A stretch of 64,000 nucleotides of DNA from Somniosus microcephalus. Taxonomy: Eukaryota. The notes under the pieces are model-generated. The model made no database searches, was not told the DNA's origin, and saw only the letters and a program-made list of their open reading frames with translations. The stretch lies in assembly GCA_052327205.1 (NCBI GenBank), contig JBMRGM010000035.1, forward strand, positions 56,916,001-56,980,000. Reading direction: 5' to 3'. Below are positions 11,747 through 23,659 of the stretch, piece after piece. The translations under genes and the position numbers were made by a program. Position 1 is the first letter of the stretch, and every line of letters starts with the position of its first letter.

Positions 11747-14700
11747 TTAACGTCTGTTAGTTCCACCTCGTCGATGTGGGGATCTTTTTAGAACATCGGA
11801 CGAATCTTCGGAGCAGCACGGGGTGGGAGCACCCAACCATGATGGTAGGGACGTCCCATGAGTGGAGCGACGCTGGAACCTGAAGAATCGCTCGTGAGGA
11901 GTGACATTAGTGGACAAAGAAAGAAGAGACCTGATGGAATGCAATGCTTCAGGGAGCATAGCTTCCCACTGCTGGTCTGGTAGGTTACGTGACCTCAGTG
12001 CAAGACGAACAGTGTTCCAAATTATTGCATTGTATCTCTCAACCTGTCCATTACCAATGGGATGATACGGTGTCGTTTTACTTGTGGTGATTCCCCATTG
12101 GGAAAGATAACTTTTGAGTTTGCTTGACATGAAGGAGGGACCCCGATCAAAATGGATTAAACTGGCCGTACCACAAAGGGAAAAGACTTGATCGAGACAT
12201 TTGATCACTGTGGAAGTCAGCATATTGGGACAGGGGAAAGCAAAGCGAAAGCGTGAATATTCGTCCACCATTGTAAGCAAGTAGGTTTTTCGCGTTGAGG
12301 AAGGCCATGGCCCTTTAAATCAATGCTAGGTCACTGCATAGGCTGCATAGCATGTATGAGCGAGCCAGCCGATGGACGGAAGAATTGTGGTTTTAATTCC
12401 GCAAAAATTCTACAGGTGGAGCAGGCTCTTTTCACATCTTCTGTAGCAAATAGGAGATTTTTAGATCGCACAAAGTGTAACATATGGGTAATAGCAGGAT
12501 GATATATGTCAGAATGAAGGTCCGCAAGAGTCGAAGTTGACATAGAAGAGCAGAATGCATGCATGAGGGTATCCTGGGCTACATTCTCTTTGCTGGGTCG
12601 ATACTGTATGTTGTAGCCAAAGGCAGAAAATTCCATCCTCCAGAGTTGTATTTTGTTATTTTTGACCTTAGTGCATTTCCGGTTATCCAGCATAATGAGC
12701 ACGGGGTGCTGATTGGTTATATGCATGAAATGACAACGAGCGAGAAAATGACTCCTATTATGTACTGCTTCGATGATAGCCGTAGCCTTCTTCTCGACAG
12801 GAGGATAATAGAGCTCGCTACACTGCAAAGTTCTGGACAGAAATGCAACGGGTCGACCACCTTGATTCAACATAGCCGAGATTGCCACTTCTGATGCATC
12901 GCACTTGACCACGAAAGGGAGATTTTCATCGATGGAACGAAGCGTGGCTTTTTCCAGTTGTCGCTTGAGGAGGTTGAAAGCTGAAATAGCCATTGCCTCC
13001 AACGGAAATGACTTCGCGTGAAGCAGGGGCTGGACCTTGTCAGAGAAGTGGGGTATCCACTTCGCATAATAGGCGAGCATGCTGAGTTCCTGACGAAGAG
13101 AGCCGAGATTCATAGGGGGAGGGAGCTCCTGAAGTGGATGAAGTTGCTCCGGATCCGGTTCAATGACGCCATTGCCCACCCAGTAGCCAAGGATGTTGAC
13201 TGATGGTACTAATTTCACAGATTTGGACTCGTTTAAAGTTAAGTAGCGACGACAGAAAACGTCAAAAAAGTTTTTGAGGTTGGCATCATGCTCCTTCTGG
13301 TCATGACCAGCAATGGTGATAATATCCAGACATAGAAAAATGTCCGTCAAGTTCTCCTATTTGACTAGGCTATCCATTGCCCGTTGAAAGATGGCCACCC
13401 CATTGGTGACCCCAAATGGAAGGCAACAACACTGATAAAGACGACCATTGGCCTCAAAGGCCGTATACTTTTTGTCAGAGTCCTTTAACGGTACTTGATG
13501 GTATGTGCTCCTTAAATCAAATGTTGAAAATACCTTGTAGTTGGCAAGGTTATTGACCATGTCATCGATGCATGGTAGTGGGTAGGCATCCAGGTCGGTA
13601 TACTGGGTAATAGTTTGCGAGTAATCAATGCAAAGACGTTTCTTGTGCTGCTTCAGATGATTTTTAACAACAACGTCTTGAGCCCGCCAGGAAGATGAAC
13701 ATGGTACAATGATACCGTCAGCTAGAAGGCGAGAGATTTCTGCCTCGATAAAGGCTTGATCAGCTTGGCTGAAACGTCGTGATTTAGTGACTATGGGCTT
13801 AAATCAGGGGAAAAATTGGCAAACAAGAATTGCTCGTCTAGCGAAGCTGCCGAAAGCGCACAAAACAGTACTTTGGAAATAGTAAGCTCCGGCTTTGACC
13901 CCCCAAACTCGAAAGTGAGTTTTTTGTCTTGTTTCTGGAAATCCTGTCCCAGAAGCACATCACTGCCGGGTGGCGAAATAAGTGCAGCCATTGAGAATAA
14001 GGTTGACAAGACAAAAGCTGGAAAAATTGGTGGTCAGTGTCGTCAGAGCCAATGCAATTTCCCTGTCCAAGGGGTAAATATGCAGTTTTAACTTACAGAC
14101 AGCCCGCTCACTAATGAAGCTGTCAGAGCTGCATGAATGGATTAGTGCACTCAAAATGCGTCCATTTACCGAAACCTTCGTGGCTGCATGGGACAGAAAT
14201 TGGGAGAAAAACAGCTGTGATCGGAGGAGGGGCAGTTTTACCCATGATAGCTGCAACCGCAGTAGTGGTTCTTGAGGAGGAGCAGTTTTATAGATTGCAG
14301 CTGTAACCTTAGTCGTTGCTCTTGGGTAGTAGCAGTTTTATAGATTGCAGCTGCAAAACGAACAGGGTCTCTCAACCTATACCTTAGAAAAGTGGCCTTT
14401 GTTAGTAACAGAGGCTCTTGACTGTCATACCTTAGAAAAGTGACCTTTCTTACTGCAATGATTGCAGGTTGTGTTACGAGCAGGACTATATTTCCTATAA
14501 TGGAATGCACCTCCTCAGAAGAAACACTTCCTTCCAGATTGCCAAGATGCTGCTAGGGCAGCGTCGTCATCAGTGAACGCTTCTAGGGTAGGGTTGTCAT
14601 CAGCTAGGTTAGAGTCATCATCGGTGAGGGCTTCTGCCCGAGACCTATCGAATGAGTCATTAAAAGTGATAGCAGCAGCCCGTGCACACGGTAAATGACA

Positions 14701-15222
14701 TGTATCTGCATTCCTCTTTGCTAAGTCCGGGGAACATGCCTGGTTATAAGCAGCCTGTAACTCGAGGGTTTAATTCTCCAACAGACACTGGCGTACGAAG
14801 GGAGACACAATCCCATTAATAAAGGAATCACGAATTAGCTCCTCCTAGTACTGCTCAGCTGTGACAGCTTTAAGATGGCAATCCTTGCTGAGCCTGCAAA
14901 GCTTTTGAAGGAATTCGTCAAGTGATTCCCCGGGTTGTTGTCGAGTTGTGGCCAGTAGATGCTGAACAAAAATTTCGTTTGAGGCATTAACATATAGTCG
15001 CTGTAATATTAGGATAGCGGAGTCAAAGTCTACACAGTGTTCGATACAGTCAAACACATGAGGAGATACATAATTGGCAACTATCTCTAATTCATCAGGA
15101 ACATTTTCACCACACACCCTGTGGTAGTTGTTGAAGTTATGATACCAGTGTTTCCATACCTTAGCATTTTTCGGTGAATTCGGGTCCAGGTCAAGACGGG
15201 CGGGTCTGAGTAGTTTGTCCAT
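11747..15222 (-). pseudogene. Gypsy gag-pol remnants with stops and frameshifts
   Basis: gag MDKLLRPARLDLDP and a broken CNHC..KGH knuckle; protease-like ALIHSCS; RT FSTFDLRSTYHQ and LPFG; RNaseH CDAS; integrase VDEYSRF, DRG and GNGQVER. Confidence 0.9.
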
Positions 15223-15323
15223 GATGGATTGATTACTACGCCAGTGTTCTCTTCTACAGTTGAAGTCGTAGCTGGCTGTTCCCGAAATCACTCAGAGCAT
15301 GGACCAGGTTCAGTTGATTAAAT

Positions 15324-15549
15324 TGATGTAAAAAGACTATTGAGTACTTGGTTTGGGTATAAATCAAGGCTTTAATCAACTGTTTCGAAACCATGAGATT
15401 TCTAGTTATATCACTAGTTCCTGGTTACAGAAACATCCTGAGCAAGCTGGGCCCAGGCACGAGTATTTATACTCCTTGGACGGCGCCACCAGCTTGCCAC
15501 ACAGTGTTACTTCATGAGTCGTCTCTTCATGATGATGAGATTTATAACA
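15324..15549 (-). repeat. Gypsy 5' LTR
   Basis: Minus-strand TATAAAT at 15465-15471 and ATTAAA at 15371-15376; repeat of 10996-11218. Confidence 0.95.
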
Positions 15550-17325
15550 CAGCCTATCTAGTGCGTCCTGTTTATCAATTTTCACCCCTTCCATTGCTTC
15601 TACCTTTTCCACTTCTATTGATATTTAGTCAGCATCCACCTCCTTAGTAAACACAGATACAAAGTACTCATTGAGTGTTCTAGCCTTGCCCTGCGCCTCT
15701 AAACATATATCACCTTCTTTGTCCCTAATAGGCCCCTCCCTGCCTCTTACTACCCACTTACTGTTTACATGCCGGTAGAAGATTTTTGGGTTTCCCTTTT
15801 ATGTTAACCGCCATTTTACTCTCATATTCTCCCTTTGCCAATCTTATTTTCATCTTCACTTCCCCTCTGAATGTATTGTATTTGGTATGGTTCACCGTTG
15901 AAGAATCCACCTGACATTCATCATGCACGCTCTTTTTTTGCTTCATCGTCTTCTCTATCTCCTTCGTCATCCAAGGAGCCCTTGCTTTGGTTCCCTTACC
16001 CTTCCCTTTTGTTGGAATGTACCTAGCCTGTACTTGGAACATCTCCTCCTTAAAGATCAGCCATTGTTCCATTACAGTTATTCCTGTCATCATTTTGTTC
16101 AATTTTAATCTGGCTGTCTCCTTTCGCTTCCCATTGAAGTAAGCCCTAATCTAGTTTAGAAGTTCCACTCTAGATTGTTCCTTGCTCCTCTCCACTGCTA
16201 ATCTAAATCTTATGATATGATGATCATTCCTATGCAAGTGTTCTCCCACAGACACTTGGTCGACCTGGCACACCTCATTCTCCAGCACTAGTTCCACAAT
16301 GCCTCTTTCCTACATGAGCCAAGAATATATTGGTCAAGGAAATTCGTTTGAAATTCTTCCTCCTCCTTTCCCTTTTCTCTAGCATTATCCCAATTGATAT
16401 TAGTGTAATCAAAGTCCTCCAATATCACCACTCTATAGCTCATGCATATCTCTGCGATTTCCCTGAAGATTTGCTCCTCTGCCTCCCTCTCACTATTTGG
16501 GGGCCTATAGAATACCTCCAATACCGTGATGACACCCTTTTTACACGTCAACTCTAATCAAATGGATTCTGTCCTTGTCCCCTCAAGAACATCTTCCGTT
16601 TCCAACACTACAATGTCTTCCTTAATCAGCACTGTCACCCCATCTCCCATTTCCCTTCCATATGCTTTCTGAACATTGTTGAATATTAAATGCCAAGTCT
16701 TTACCGTTTTTAAGACGCGTTTCCGTTGTTGCCACAACATCATATTGCCACACGACTAATTGTGCTTCTACTCACCAACCTTATTCACCACACTTTGTGA
16801 TTTTATGTACATGCATTGTAAACCAATTTTTATTTTTTTCATAATCTTGCTTAGTCTGCTCCGATCTAATATTGTACTACTTCCTCCTCTAGTACTGCTT
16901 TCTTCTCTAGTACTATCCAAAACACTCACTCTTTTATGCACCTTATTCCTCTTTTGTATTCCTATACTCTGGTGCCCATCCCCCTGCCAAACTAGATTTA
17001 AACACTCCCCAACAGTACTAGCAAACTTCCCCACGACAATATTGGTTCTGGCTCTCTTGAGGTGTAACCCGTTCAGCTTGCACAGATCCCACCTTCCCCA
17101 GAAATGGCGCCAATGCCTCTGGAATCTAAAGCCCTCCCTCCTGCACCATCTCTACAGCCACGCATATAGGACAAAAAATGGTGAAACTTCGTGGCCAATG
17201 TCTTCACTCAAATGCTTCTTCGCTGTCACAGTGAAATAACGCAACATTTTCAGTACAGTTGATTATTCTAGAGTGTATTATATGAGGATGCTGAGACAGA
17301 CGACAATGTTGAGCTATTAATTCTG

Positions 17326-17700
17326 CAATAAGAATTAGGAGCAGGAGTCGGCCATACGGCCCCTCAAGCCTGCTCCGCAATTCAATAAGATCATGGCTGA
17401 TCATCGACCTCAACTCCACTTTCCCGCCCAATCCCCATATCCCGTGATTCCCTCAGAGTCCAAAAATCTATCGATTTCAGTCTTGAATATATTCAACGAC
17501 TGAGCCTCCACAGCCCTCTGGAATTTCTCCTCATCTCCGGCCTAAATGGCCAACCCCTTATTCTGAGATTATGCCCCTGGTTCTAGACTCTCCAGCCAGG
17601 GGAAACAACCTCTCAGCATCCACCCTGTCAAATCCCCTCAGAATCTTCTGTTTCAATGCGATCACCTCTCATTTTTCGAAACTCCAGAGGTTATAGGTTC
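17326..17700 (-). mobile_element. CR1 3' fragment
   Basis: TAAGAATTAGGAGCAGGAGTCGGCCAT...GATCATGGCTGATC tail, as in the other CR1 copies. Confidence 0.85.
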
Positions 17701-18059
17701 CTCAATACATTACGGGTAATACTCGTCAGTGAAGCTTGACAGTGAGTTGGTGGGCTATTAGAGCTGGTGCGGGGCGGGGGGGGGGTGTCAGCCAACTCCA
17801 GCCTTGCCCCCACCCAATGGATCCACGCACAGATCCGCCTGGATAGTGATGAGTAGTAGAACCTCTCCAGAGGCCTTTCGAGGAGGTCAGTCAGCTAAGC
17901 AAAGGTCGGGAATGGGAGATGGGACGTTCTCCTGAAACGGCGTTGAACTTTACCAACAGCTACCTCTTATCTGACCTTATTCCATCGCCTCTGCCAACTT
18001 TGAAAACTTGGCTCTTCTCACGGGTGCAGTGGCCATGGCAAGAAACCGCAGACCATATC

Positions 18060-18302
18060 CTGCTCCTCCGCCAACCAGTTCCAGCCGCGGCTCCAGTTGC
18101 CGCTGAGGTCACACTCAGCGCTCAGGGTGCGGAAGATGTCCTGGGTACTGAGCGGGGCCACCAGCGCCAGTGTGGCAAGAGACAGCACTGGCTCCACTGT
18201 CAGGCGGCAGTGGCATCGCCTGACCGGCAGCACAGCCATTGGCGTCAGGGGCTCGGACTCGGAACAAGCCCCAGCCCCAAACTCGAGCCCGGCTCCGGCC
18301 AT
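18060..18302 (-). pseudogene. SLC46A1: Orphan degenerate first coding exon resembling proton-coupled folate transporter (SLC46 family)
   Basis: GCCATGG Kozak start at 18302; CRLTVEPVLSLATLALVAPLSTQDIFRTLSAECDLSGNWSRG resembles the remembered human PCFT TM1 region [44 protein letters not shown]; GC-rich; no later exons recognised. Confidence 0.7.
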
Positions 18303-19348
18303 GGCGACTCGGCCTGGGGAGAGGGCAGAGCAGTAACTTATTTGATAATATAAATCCAAAACTAATTTTGTAATGAGATTCTAATATTGTTGACTCGAAC
18401 TAGTCAGCAATGCTCGCACGACAATTGGATGCCTGTGTCCAGTTGGAAAGCTGTCTGAAAGAACATGCAGTCTGGCAGAGCTGGAAGTCCAGCAGATTGA
18501 CTGTTCTGCTGAGCAGACGATGAGACTCCTTCTAGAAAATTTCGTCAGTCCAGCTCAGCGGGGATTAAGCATCTTGAAATTGGGATGGGACTGGGGCCAC
18601 TTGTGTGGCAAGAAGTGCAAGGGGTAGTTTCCCTTCCTTGAAGAACATTAATGATTCAGTTGCAGGCTGTGTTTGCACCACTCGCCACTCGGCCCAAGGA
18701 TGAGCCGAGCCGATCAAGTGGAGTTAAAGCTTTTCCACCAGTCAGTTAATTCCGTGGAATTTCAAGAACAATTAGAAATCAGATAATAATAACCGCATCA
18801 CATAATGGACAATGTGTTTAACTTTGATGTGTATTATTATGTTATCAGAAAATTGTAGTTTCCAGTCTTCTGCCGTCGGTTTGCACACTGGGTTCCATCC
18901 TGGATCGGACCTGTTTTACACCTGACCATTTCTAACAATCACTGACCTCATGTAACGGAAATATCTAAATTCCTTTTGTTCACAGAAGCTGACTGTACAT
19001 TTTCAACGCTGTGGATCCGGGTGTAACGTGCAGGACTTGCGGTGAAGAGAACTTTTGTGCACATTGTTTCTGTTTGGGTGTCATCATTTTTTATCTCCGT
19101 CATTTCACTCCAGCCGAATGAACCGAAGGAAGAAGGAAGGAAGTTCTCTCTCCGATTCACGGTCTCTGTTTCACCTTCATTTGAGAAGGTGAAGAATTCC
19201 AATGGCCCGTGATATATAAACAAGATATGAACAATGAAGAGGCCAAGACCAGTGGTTTAGACGAGATTAGAATTTAAAGCTAATTTTATGTAAGATTCAG
19301 TCAAATGCTGGGAAGGTTTATCAGCATCAAACATTCAACACAATAAAT

Positions 19349-19396
19349 AAGCACAATGGATTAGCATTCCATCGTCTTAACCTCTCGTCTCCCGTC
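19349..19396 (-). tRNA. tRNA-Ser(GCT) remnant
   Basis: AGCACAATGGATTAGCATTCCATCGTCTTAACC matches 46486-46567, and the flanks are paralogous. Confidence 0.75.
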
Positions 19397-19845
19397 TACG
19401 ACAACTCAGCCATTCCATTTCCTGCTTTTTGCATCCAAACAGAAATACTCCGCAAGAAAGTCCCCTTTACCGCTTGTCCTGCCCGTGCACCCAGATCAAC
19501 AATGCTGAAAATGTAGAATCAGCTTCTGCAAGCAAAAGGCATTCCATTAATTCAGGAAGGCAGTAATGCGCCTGATCGAAAGAAGAGGTGCGCACCCCTT
19601 TTAATCAGACCAGGCAGGCTGGTCACGCCAGTTTGATTGCAGGCCAGTACAGAACCCTGTACGGTTTGAATTCAGCACCCAAAGGACCAGTTCACAAGCC
19701 AGCTTCTCGCATCCTTTCAGCGCTAGAAAAAGCAAGACTGACTAATATTCAGGGAAGAGGCTGTATCAAGAAGATTGACGCCGAATGTAAGTTTATCCCA
19801 ATTCAGGCCAGCTCATGGGTGCAGAAAGCAAAATGTAAAGGTCCT

Positions 19846-19872
19846 GCATTGGCCGGAATCCAACATGGGTCC
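19846..19872 (-). tRNA. tRNA-Gly 3' remnant
   Basis: TGCATTGGCCGGAATCCAACATGGG resembles the reverse complement of the Gly-GCC/CCC T arm and acceptor end; paralog at 45915. Confidence 0.5.
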
Positions 19873-20080
19873 AAGACGTCCAATGATACACCGAGCAGAA
19901 TACACCTGGGAGCCTTGAACTTTTCTCAGTTGGTTTGTTTTCAGTTGCTTAAGTGAAGCTCTATGATTTCGAAATATATGGGCAAAATGACACGAAATCT
20001 CATCTTTTTAATGGAAAGTATTTATGTTTTCTGAAATGTCGATCAGCTGTAAGAAGCTGAGTTTTGACTAAAATCTAGCG

Positions 20081-20141
20081 GGGTTGTATCCGGGATTTGA
20101 ACACGGGGCGTCCCGCAGCTATGAAACACCAAAGCAAGAAT
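20081..20141 (-). tRNA. tRNA-Pro(TGG) remnant, 5'-truncated, with shortened intron
   Basis: Reverse complement ATTCTTGC TT TGG T [GTTTCATAGC] T GCGGGACGCCCCGTGTTCAAATCCCGGATACAACCC; paralog of 46140-46227. Confidence 0.7.
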
Positions 20142-20192
20142 GTGAGCAAACCTGTTTCAAAGAGACATCGAATGATCCGCTACGGACGGCAA

Positions 20193-20241
20193 TCCCAATT
20201 ACGATTAGCAGTGACGTCAGATGCTTTATCCATTAGGCCAA
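20193..20241 (-). tRNA. tRNA-Arg(NCG) 5' half plus intron remnant
   Basis: Reverse complement TGGCCTAATGGATAAAGCATCTGACGTCAC TGCTAATCGTAATTGGG; paralog of 48134-48184. Confidence 0.65.
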
Positions 20242-20718
20242 GAAAATTTCTTGTGCAATCCGGTTGTTTTGCTTCCAAAAGCCAGCCCTGCTTTCTAAAT
20301 GCTTGTCTGGCGAGCGGTCCCGCAGTTCTAAATGTATCGACTGGTTTCAAAGCATCAATTCAGATTGCTGCGAATGGGACATGTGCCGCCAGGAACAGCG
20401 GTGGTAGCAGAGCAAACTTAACGGTGTAAGTAGGTGAAAGTGAATGTTAGGTTAAGGTAATGCCGCATGAAAGTGACAAAGAAACGGAAGGAGGAAAGTG
20501 AAGGAGGGCTATAGATTGTGGACGGAAGAAAAAGCTGGGACAAGAGGCGGGTTTGAATTATGGAGCATCAAGCTCAGGCATGTGAGAGCGCACGGTTTGA
20601 AGGAGTAAATAAGTTTTCACCATCAATAAAAAAAGTGCTGTTTGATGTAGAGAAGATTGATTTCTTGCTGTGTTCTATCAGCAGGTGCTGCAGAGAACAG
20701 AAGATATAAAGCGAAATA

Positions 20719-20790
20719 TACCGTGATTTAGATTCAAACTAAAGTTGCTGTGGCCGCAACGCAGAGTACTGGACCACTAAACGATCCTGC
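20719..20790 (-). tRNA. tRNA-His(GTG) pseudogene
   Basis: Aligns over its full length to the His-GTG consensus with many substitutions. Confidence 0.8.
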
Positions 20791-20903
20791 ATCACACATC
20801 AGCTGCGCCAGCTCTATCCTAGCCACAGCCAAGTCACGCACGGCACTGCTTAGAAAAGATCGATTTTTGGTGAAGATGCCAAAATCAGCACCGCCAGAAA
20901 TTT

Positions 20904-20955
20904 TGACACTGGTGGAATTCGACCCACGACGCGCAGCGAATGGAGCCTTAATCCA
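20904..20955 (-). tRNA. tRNA-Leu(AAG) 3' remnant
   Basis: Reverse complement TGGATTAAGGCTCCA...CGTGGGTCGAATTCCACCAGTGTCA; paralogs at 31846 and 48850. Confidence 0.65.
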
Positions 20956-21053
20956 TAATGGGAACTAGTGCAGCCGCAGTTACATTAAACAGGATTGTAT
21001 CCCTTTCGCACGAGAAGAAACTCACCCCTGGAGATTCATTCGGACAAAGAAAA

Positions 21054-21127
21054 AGGCTTTGCTGGGAGCCGAACTCAGAATCTCCTGCTTACCAAAGCGG
21101 CGCTTTAACCAGCTAAGCCACGGAGCC
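21054..21127 (-). tRNA. tRNA-Thr(AGT)-derived pseudogene
   Basis: Reverse complement GGCTCCGTGGCTTAGCTGGTTAAAGCGCC...GCAGGAGATTCTGAGTTCGGCTCCCAGC. Confidence 0.8.
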
Positions 21128-22053
21128 AAATCACATCTCCAGTCTTCCGCCTCCTCTCACTGATATCTATCAGCTACCTGTCACTGTCTGTTGGAGGCTG
21201 AGGCCGTTTTTTATTGATTTATCTCTCCTGTCTATTCCGCCATGTATCCCGATGTTGTCTGTATCTCACTGTGTTTATCTCAGTTTCAATCTGTGGGTTG
21301 ATTCTGAATGAATACCTGTGTTAGTGTCTTACATGAAATAAATGAGGGGATCAGACACATCTTCCTCTGACACTGGGGAACTAATGAGCCAACATTTTTA
21401 ACAAGATTTTGATTATTGTGATGCAACAAATACAATATTCGAACTTGAATGATTTAGGTTCAACTCTGTGCAAAAACGCCTGTGATCTCAACGGAGGAAG
21501 GGGGAGAGAGAGGCAAGAGAAACACAGAAAAGATCACCTTGGAAATTACTGGCCCCGAATCTACTTTAAATCCCCCACTGTATTTAAACACATTTAATGT
21601 CATAATTACACATTGATGCATTTGAGCAATATAGGACATCTATCGCTGTCTCTGGTCTAAAATAACTGATTTATATATTTGATCTCTACCGCTGTGTTCA
21701 GTCTCTATCCTGAGTATTGATCTCCAAACGTAGAATCAGTTAATAATCTGGAGACAAGGTTTCTGCAGCCGGCGGGCAGGGAGCAGAGGCTGAGGCTGTT
21801 CTGTGTCTTGTGGCAGCAGAACACAATGTTCTTGCTGTTTATTGTCATTATCCTGCAGAATATTCCATGCTGTTCTCAACATCTTCCATTACCGCTAAAT
21901 ATCGGAAGTTTTGTTTTATTGTAATGATGATCACTGCGATTCTTCTGGACTTGCTGAACTTGCAGCAAATTAAATATCACGAAACCGTCATCACCAACAA
22001 TAAACAGGGTCAGCGATTTGAGAATTTAACTTGTTGGAGATGGCGTTTTTGCA

Positions 22054-22136
22054 GCTGCGATGGCCGAGTGGTTATGTCTGGTAGACTTGAAATCCAATAG
22101 GATTTCCCCACGTAGGTTCGAACCCTGCGCACAGCG
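22054..22136 (+). tRNA. tRNA-Ser(TGA), degenerate
   Basis: GCTGCGATGGCCGAGTGGTTA...GACTTGAAATCCAATAGGATTTCCCCACGTAGGTTCGAACCCTGCGCACAGCG; B box intact, D and anticodon stems damaged. Confidence 0.85.
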
Positions 22137-22220
22137 GATTCTCTCATTATTGTAATTAATTACTTCAAATAATTTATTTTCTTCAATCTTCTCCCTCTGG
22201 AAGGATTTTGGAATTTTCAT

Positions 22221-22786
22221 TGCAGGTTTTAAGGAAACTAAAGGATTGCCGAGAGACCTGGATCACTTATTTCAAGTAGTTTTGCTGACCGAATTCCAAA
22301 AGTGTTCTGCAGATTGTCTGGAAGCTCCAGATAAGGAGGCCTCGATAGTCTCTGAGGAACCTTCGCATACACTCGGTGCTGCCCGGTAGCATCAGTCTGT
22401 GTAACCATGGGAGAGAGAGAATGGAAAGTCACTGGAAGGCTTGTTTCTGTCAGCAGCAATGGTACAAGAGCAGCAATTCTAAAGTGAAAAGCAGAACACA
22501 TTCCAGAAGACAGTCCAGGAGACAGACAAACGGAGTGGAGATCTGGAAGACTGACCAGAAAAACACCAAGAAGGACACCAACACATAATTCATCTCTCCC
22601 TCTCCCGAAGCAGAAGAATTGAACTTTCTGAGTTTTGAGTTGCACCACTGAGGTTGTACAAATCTCTCTCTGTAAAACTTGTATCATTATGTTAATAAAA
22701 CGATTTGTTTGAAAAGTTTAATGCTTTGGTTGATCTGAGCTCTGATCACCCTAAAGAGTGAAGAGAGCTAAAACTAAAACCCTACA
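22221..22786 (+). mobile_element. Candidate solo LTR
   Basis: Imperfect inverted termini TGCAGGTTTT...AAAACCCTACA; AATAAA at about 22694; no TSD seen. Confidence 0.45.
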
Positions 22787-23002
22787 GATCCGTCTGTCCA
22801 AAGTCACATTTTCCTCCCAACCTTGCTACACCTAGCTCATGGCACGGCTTAAATTACTAATATATAGGTGGAATGGAAAATCTTGTCGGACTATGGGGGA
22901 GAGCAGCAGAGCGATGCGCGGTCTGTTAACTCACTGGGCGGAACTTGTTCTTCTCTGCTCGGAATCCAGCTTAAAACCGACCATTCAATCCGATGGTCAT
23001 TC

Positions 23003-23053
23003 GGACTAATCCATTGTGCTCTGGACTCGTGGGGTTGAATCCCATCCTCATCA
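23003..23053 (+). tRNA. tRNA-Ser(GCT) 3' remnant
   Basis: CTAATCCATTGTGCTCTGGACTCGTGGGGTTGAATCCCATCCTCATC. Confidence 0.75.
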
Positions 23054-23299
23054 TTGCTGGCCACACTGGGATTTTCAGTCTGTGCCTCTGCGCTGTTCAT
23101 GCGAATACTAAAATAAACACGGACTCATTGCATAAACGTAGAACAGAGATCGCGAATCACAGATACACCATTTCCTTTCTATTCTTTCCTCTGAGATTGA
23201 AACCCAATGAAAGACTAGCGGGAAAACAAATGATTAGAAAGCAGAAGCATAATTTTAAATTTTAGGAAAAAATGTAATTTTAAAAGATTTTATCAACAT

Positions 23300-23554
23300 T
23301 AATGACCAGATTATCTGGGGTTTTTTTGTCTTTCGTTGAGAGATAAATAATGGGCAATACACTGGTGAGAAATCCTCGTTCTTTTCAAAATAGTGCCATG
23401 GTATCTGAGGCCTCGGTGTTACGTCTTTTCAGAAAGACGGTACCGTCGTCAGTGCAGCACCCCCTCAGTACTGCACTTGAGTATCAGCCTGGATTATGTG
23501 CTCAAGTCTCTGGAGTGGGGCTTGAGTTTGCTGCCGCTGAGCCACGGCTGACAC
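23300..23554 (-). mobile_element. SacSINE1-like remnant (duplicated at 27283-27533)
   Basis: CAGTGCAGCACCCCCTCAGTACTGCAC...CTCAAGTCTCTGGAGTGGG...CTGAGCCACGGCTGACAC. Confidence 0.8.
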
Positions 23555-23659
23555 CTAAACTCAGTTCATTCGGCTCGAGTGAAATGGCGAAGACAAATAA
23601 ATGACAGTGGACTAAATCTTCAACTTGGGGCACAAGAATAAACCACATCATTGTGTAAC

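Larger units (their letters stand above)
10996..15549 (-). mobile_element. Full-length degenerate Ty3/Gypsy LTR retrotransposon
   Basis: Two ~225-bp LTRs with TG...CA ends; 5-bp TSD CAGCC (10991-10995 and 15550-15554); purine tract AGGCAGGAAGAA next to the 3' LTR on the minus strand; gag-PR-RT-RNaseH-IN order. Confidence 0.95.
10470..17165 (-). mobile_element. CR1 LINE (end of ORF1, endonuclease, start of RT) split by the Gypsy insertion at 10996-15549
   Basis: NYRSVSLTSVVGK and QHGFVKGR (10660-10866); endonuclease motifs FYRPPN and DFDY.NINW (16288-16551); ORF1 end LNLVWQGDG (about 17000). The sequence joins across the Gypsy TSD. Confidence 0.85.

Noticed and set aside
14270-14470. Short internal repeats in the Gypsy gag-pro region
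   Set aside because: Local duplications around the zinc knuckle in a dead copy, with no evidence of function
17720-17875. Possible old SINE body fragment
   Set aside because: Resemblance is from memory only and too degenerate to name
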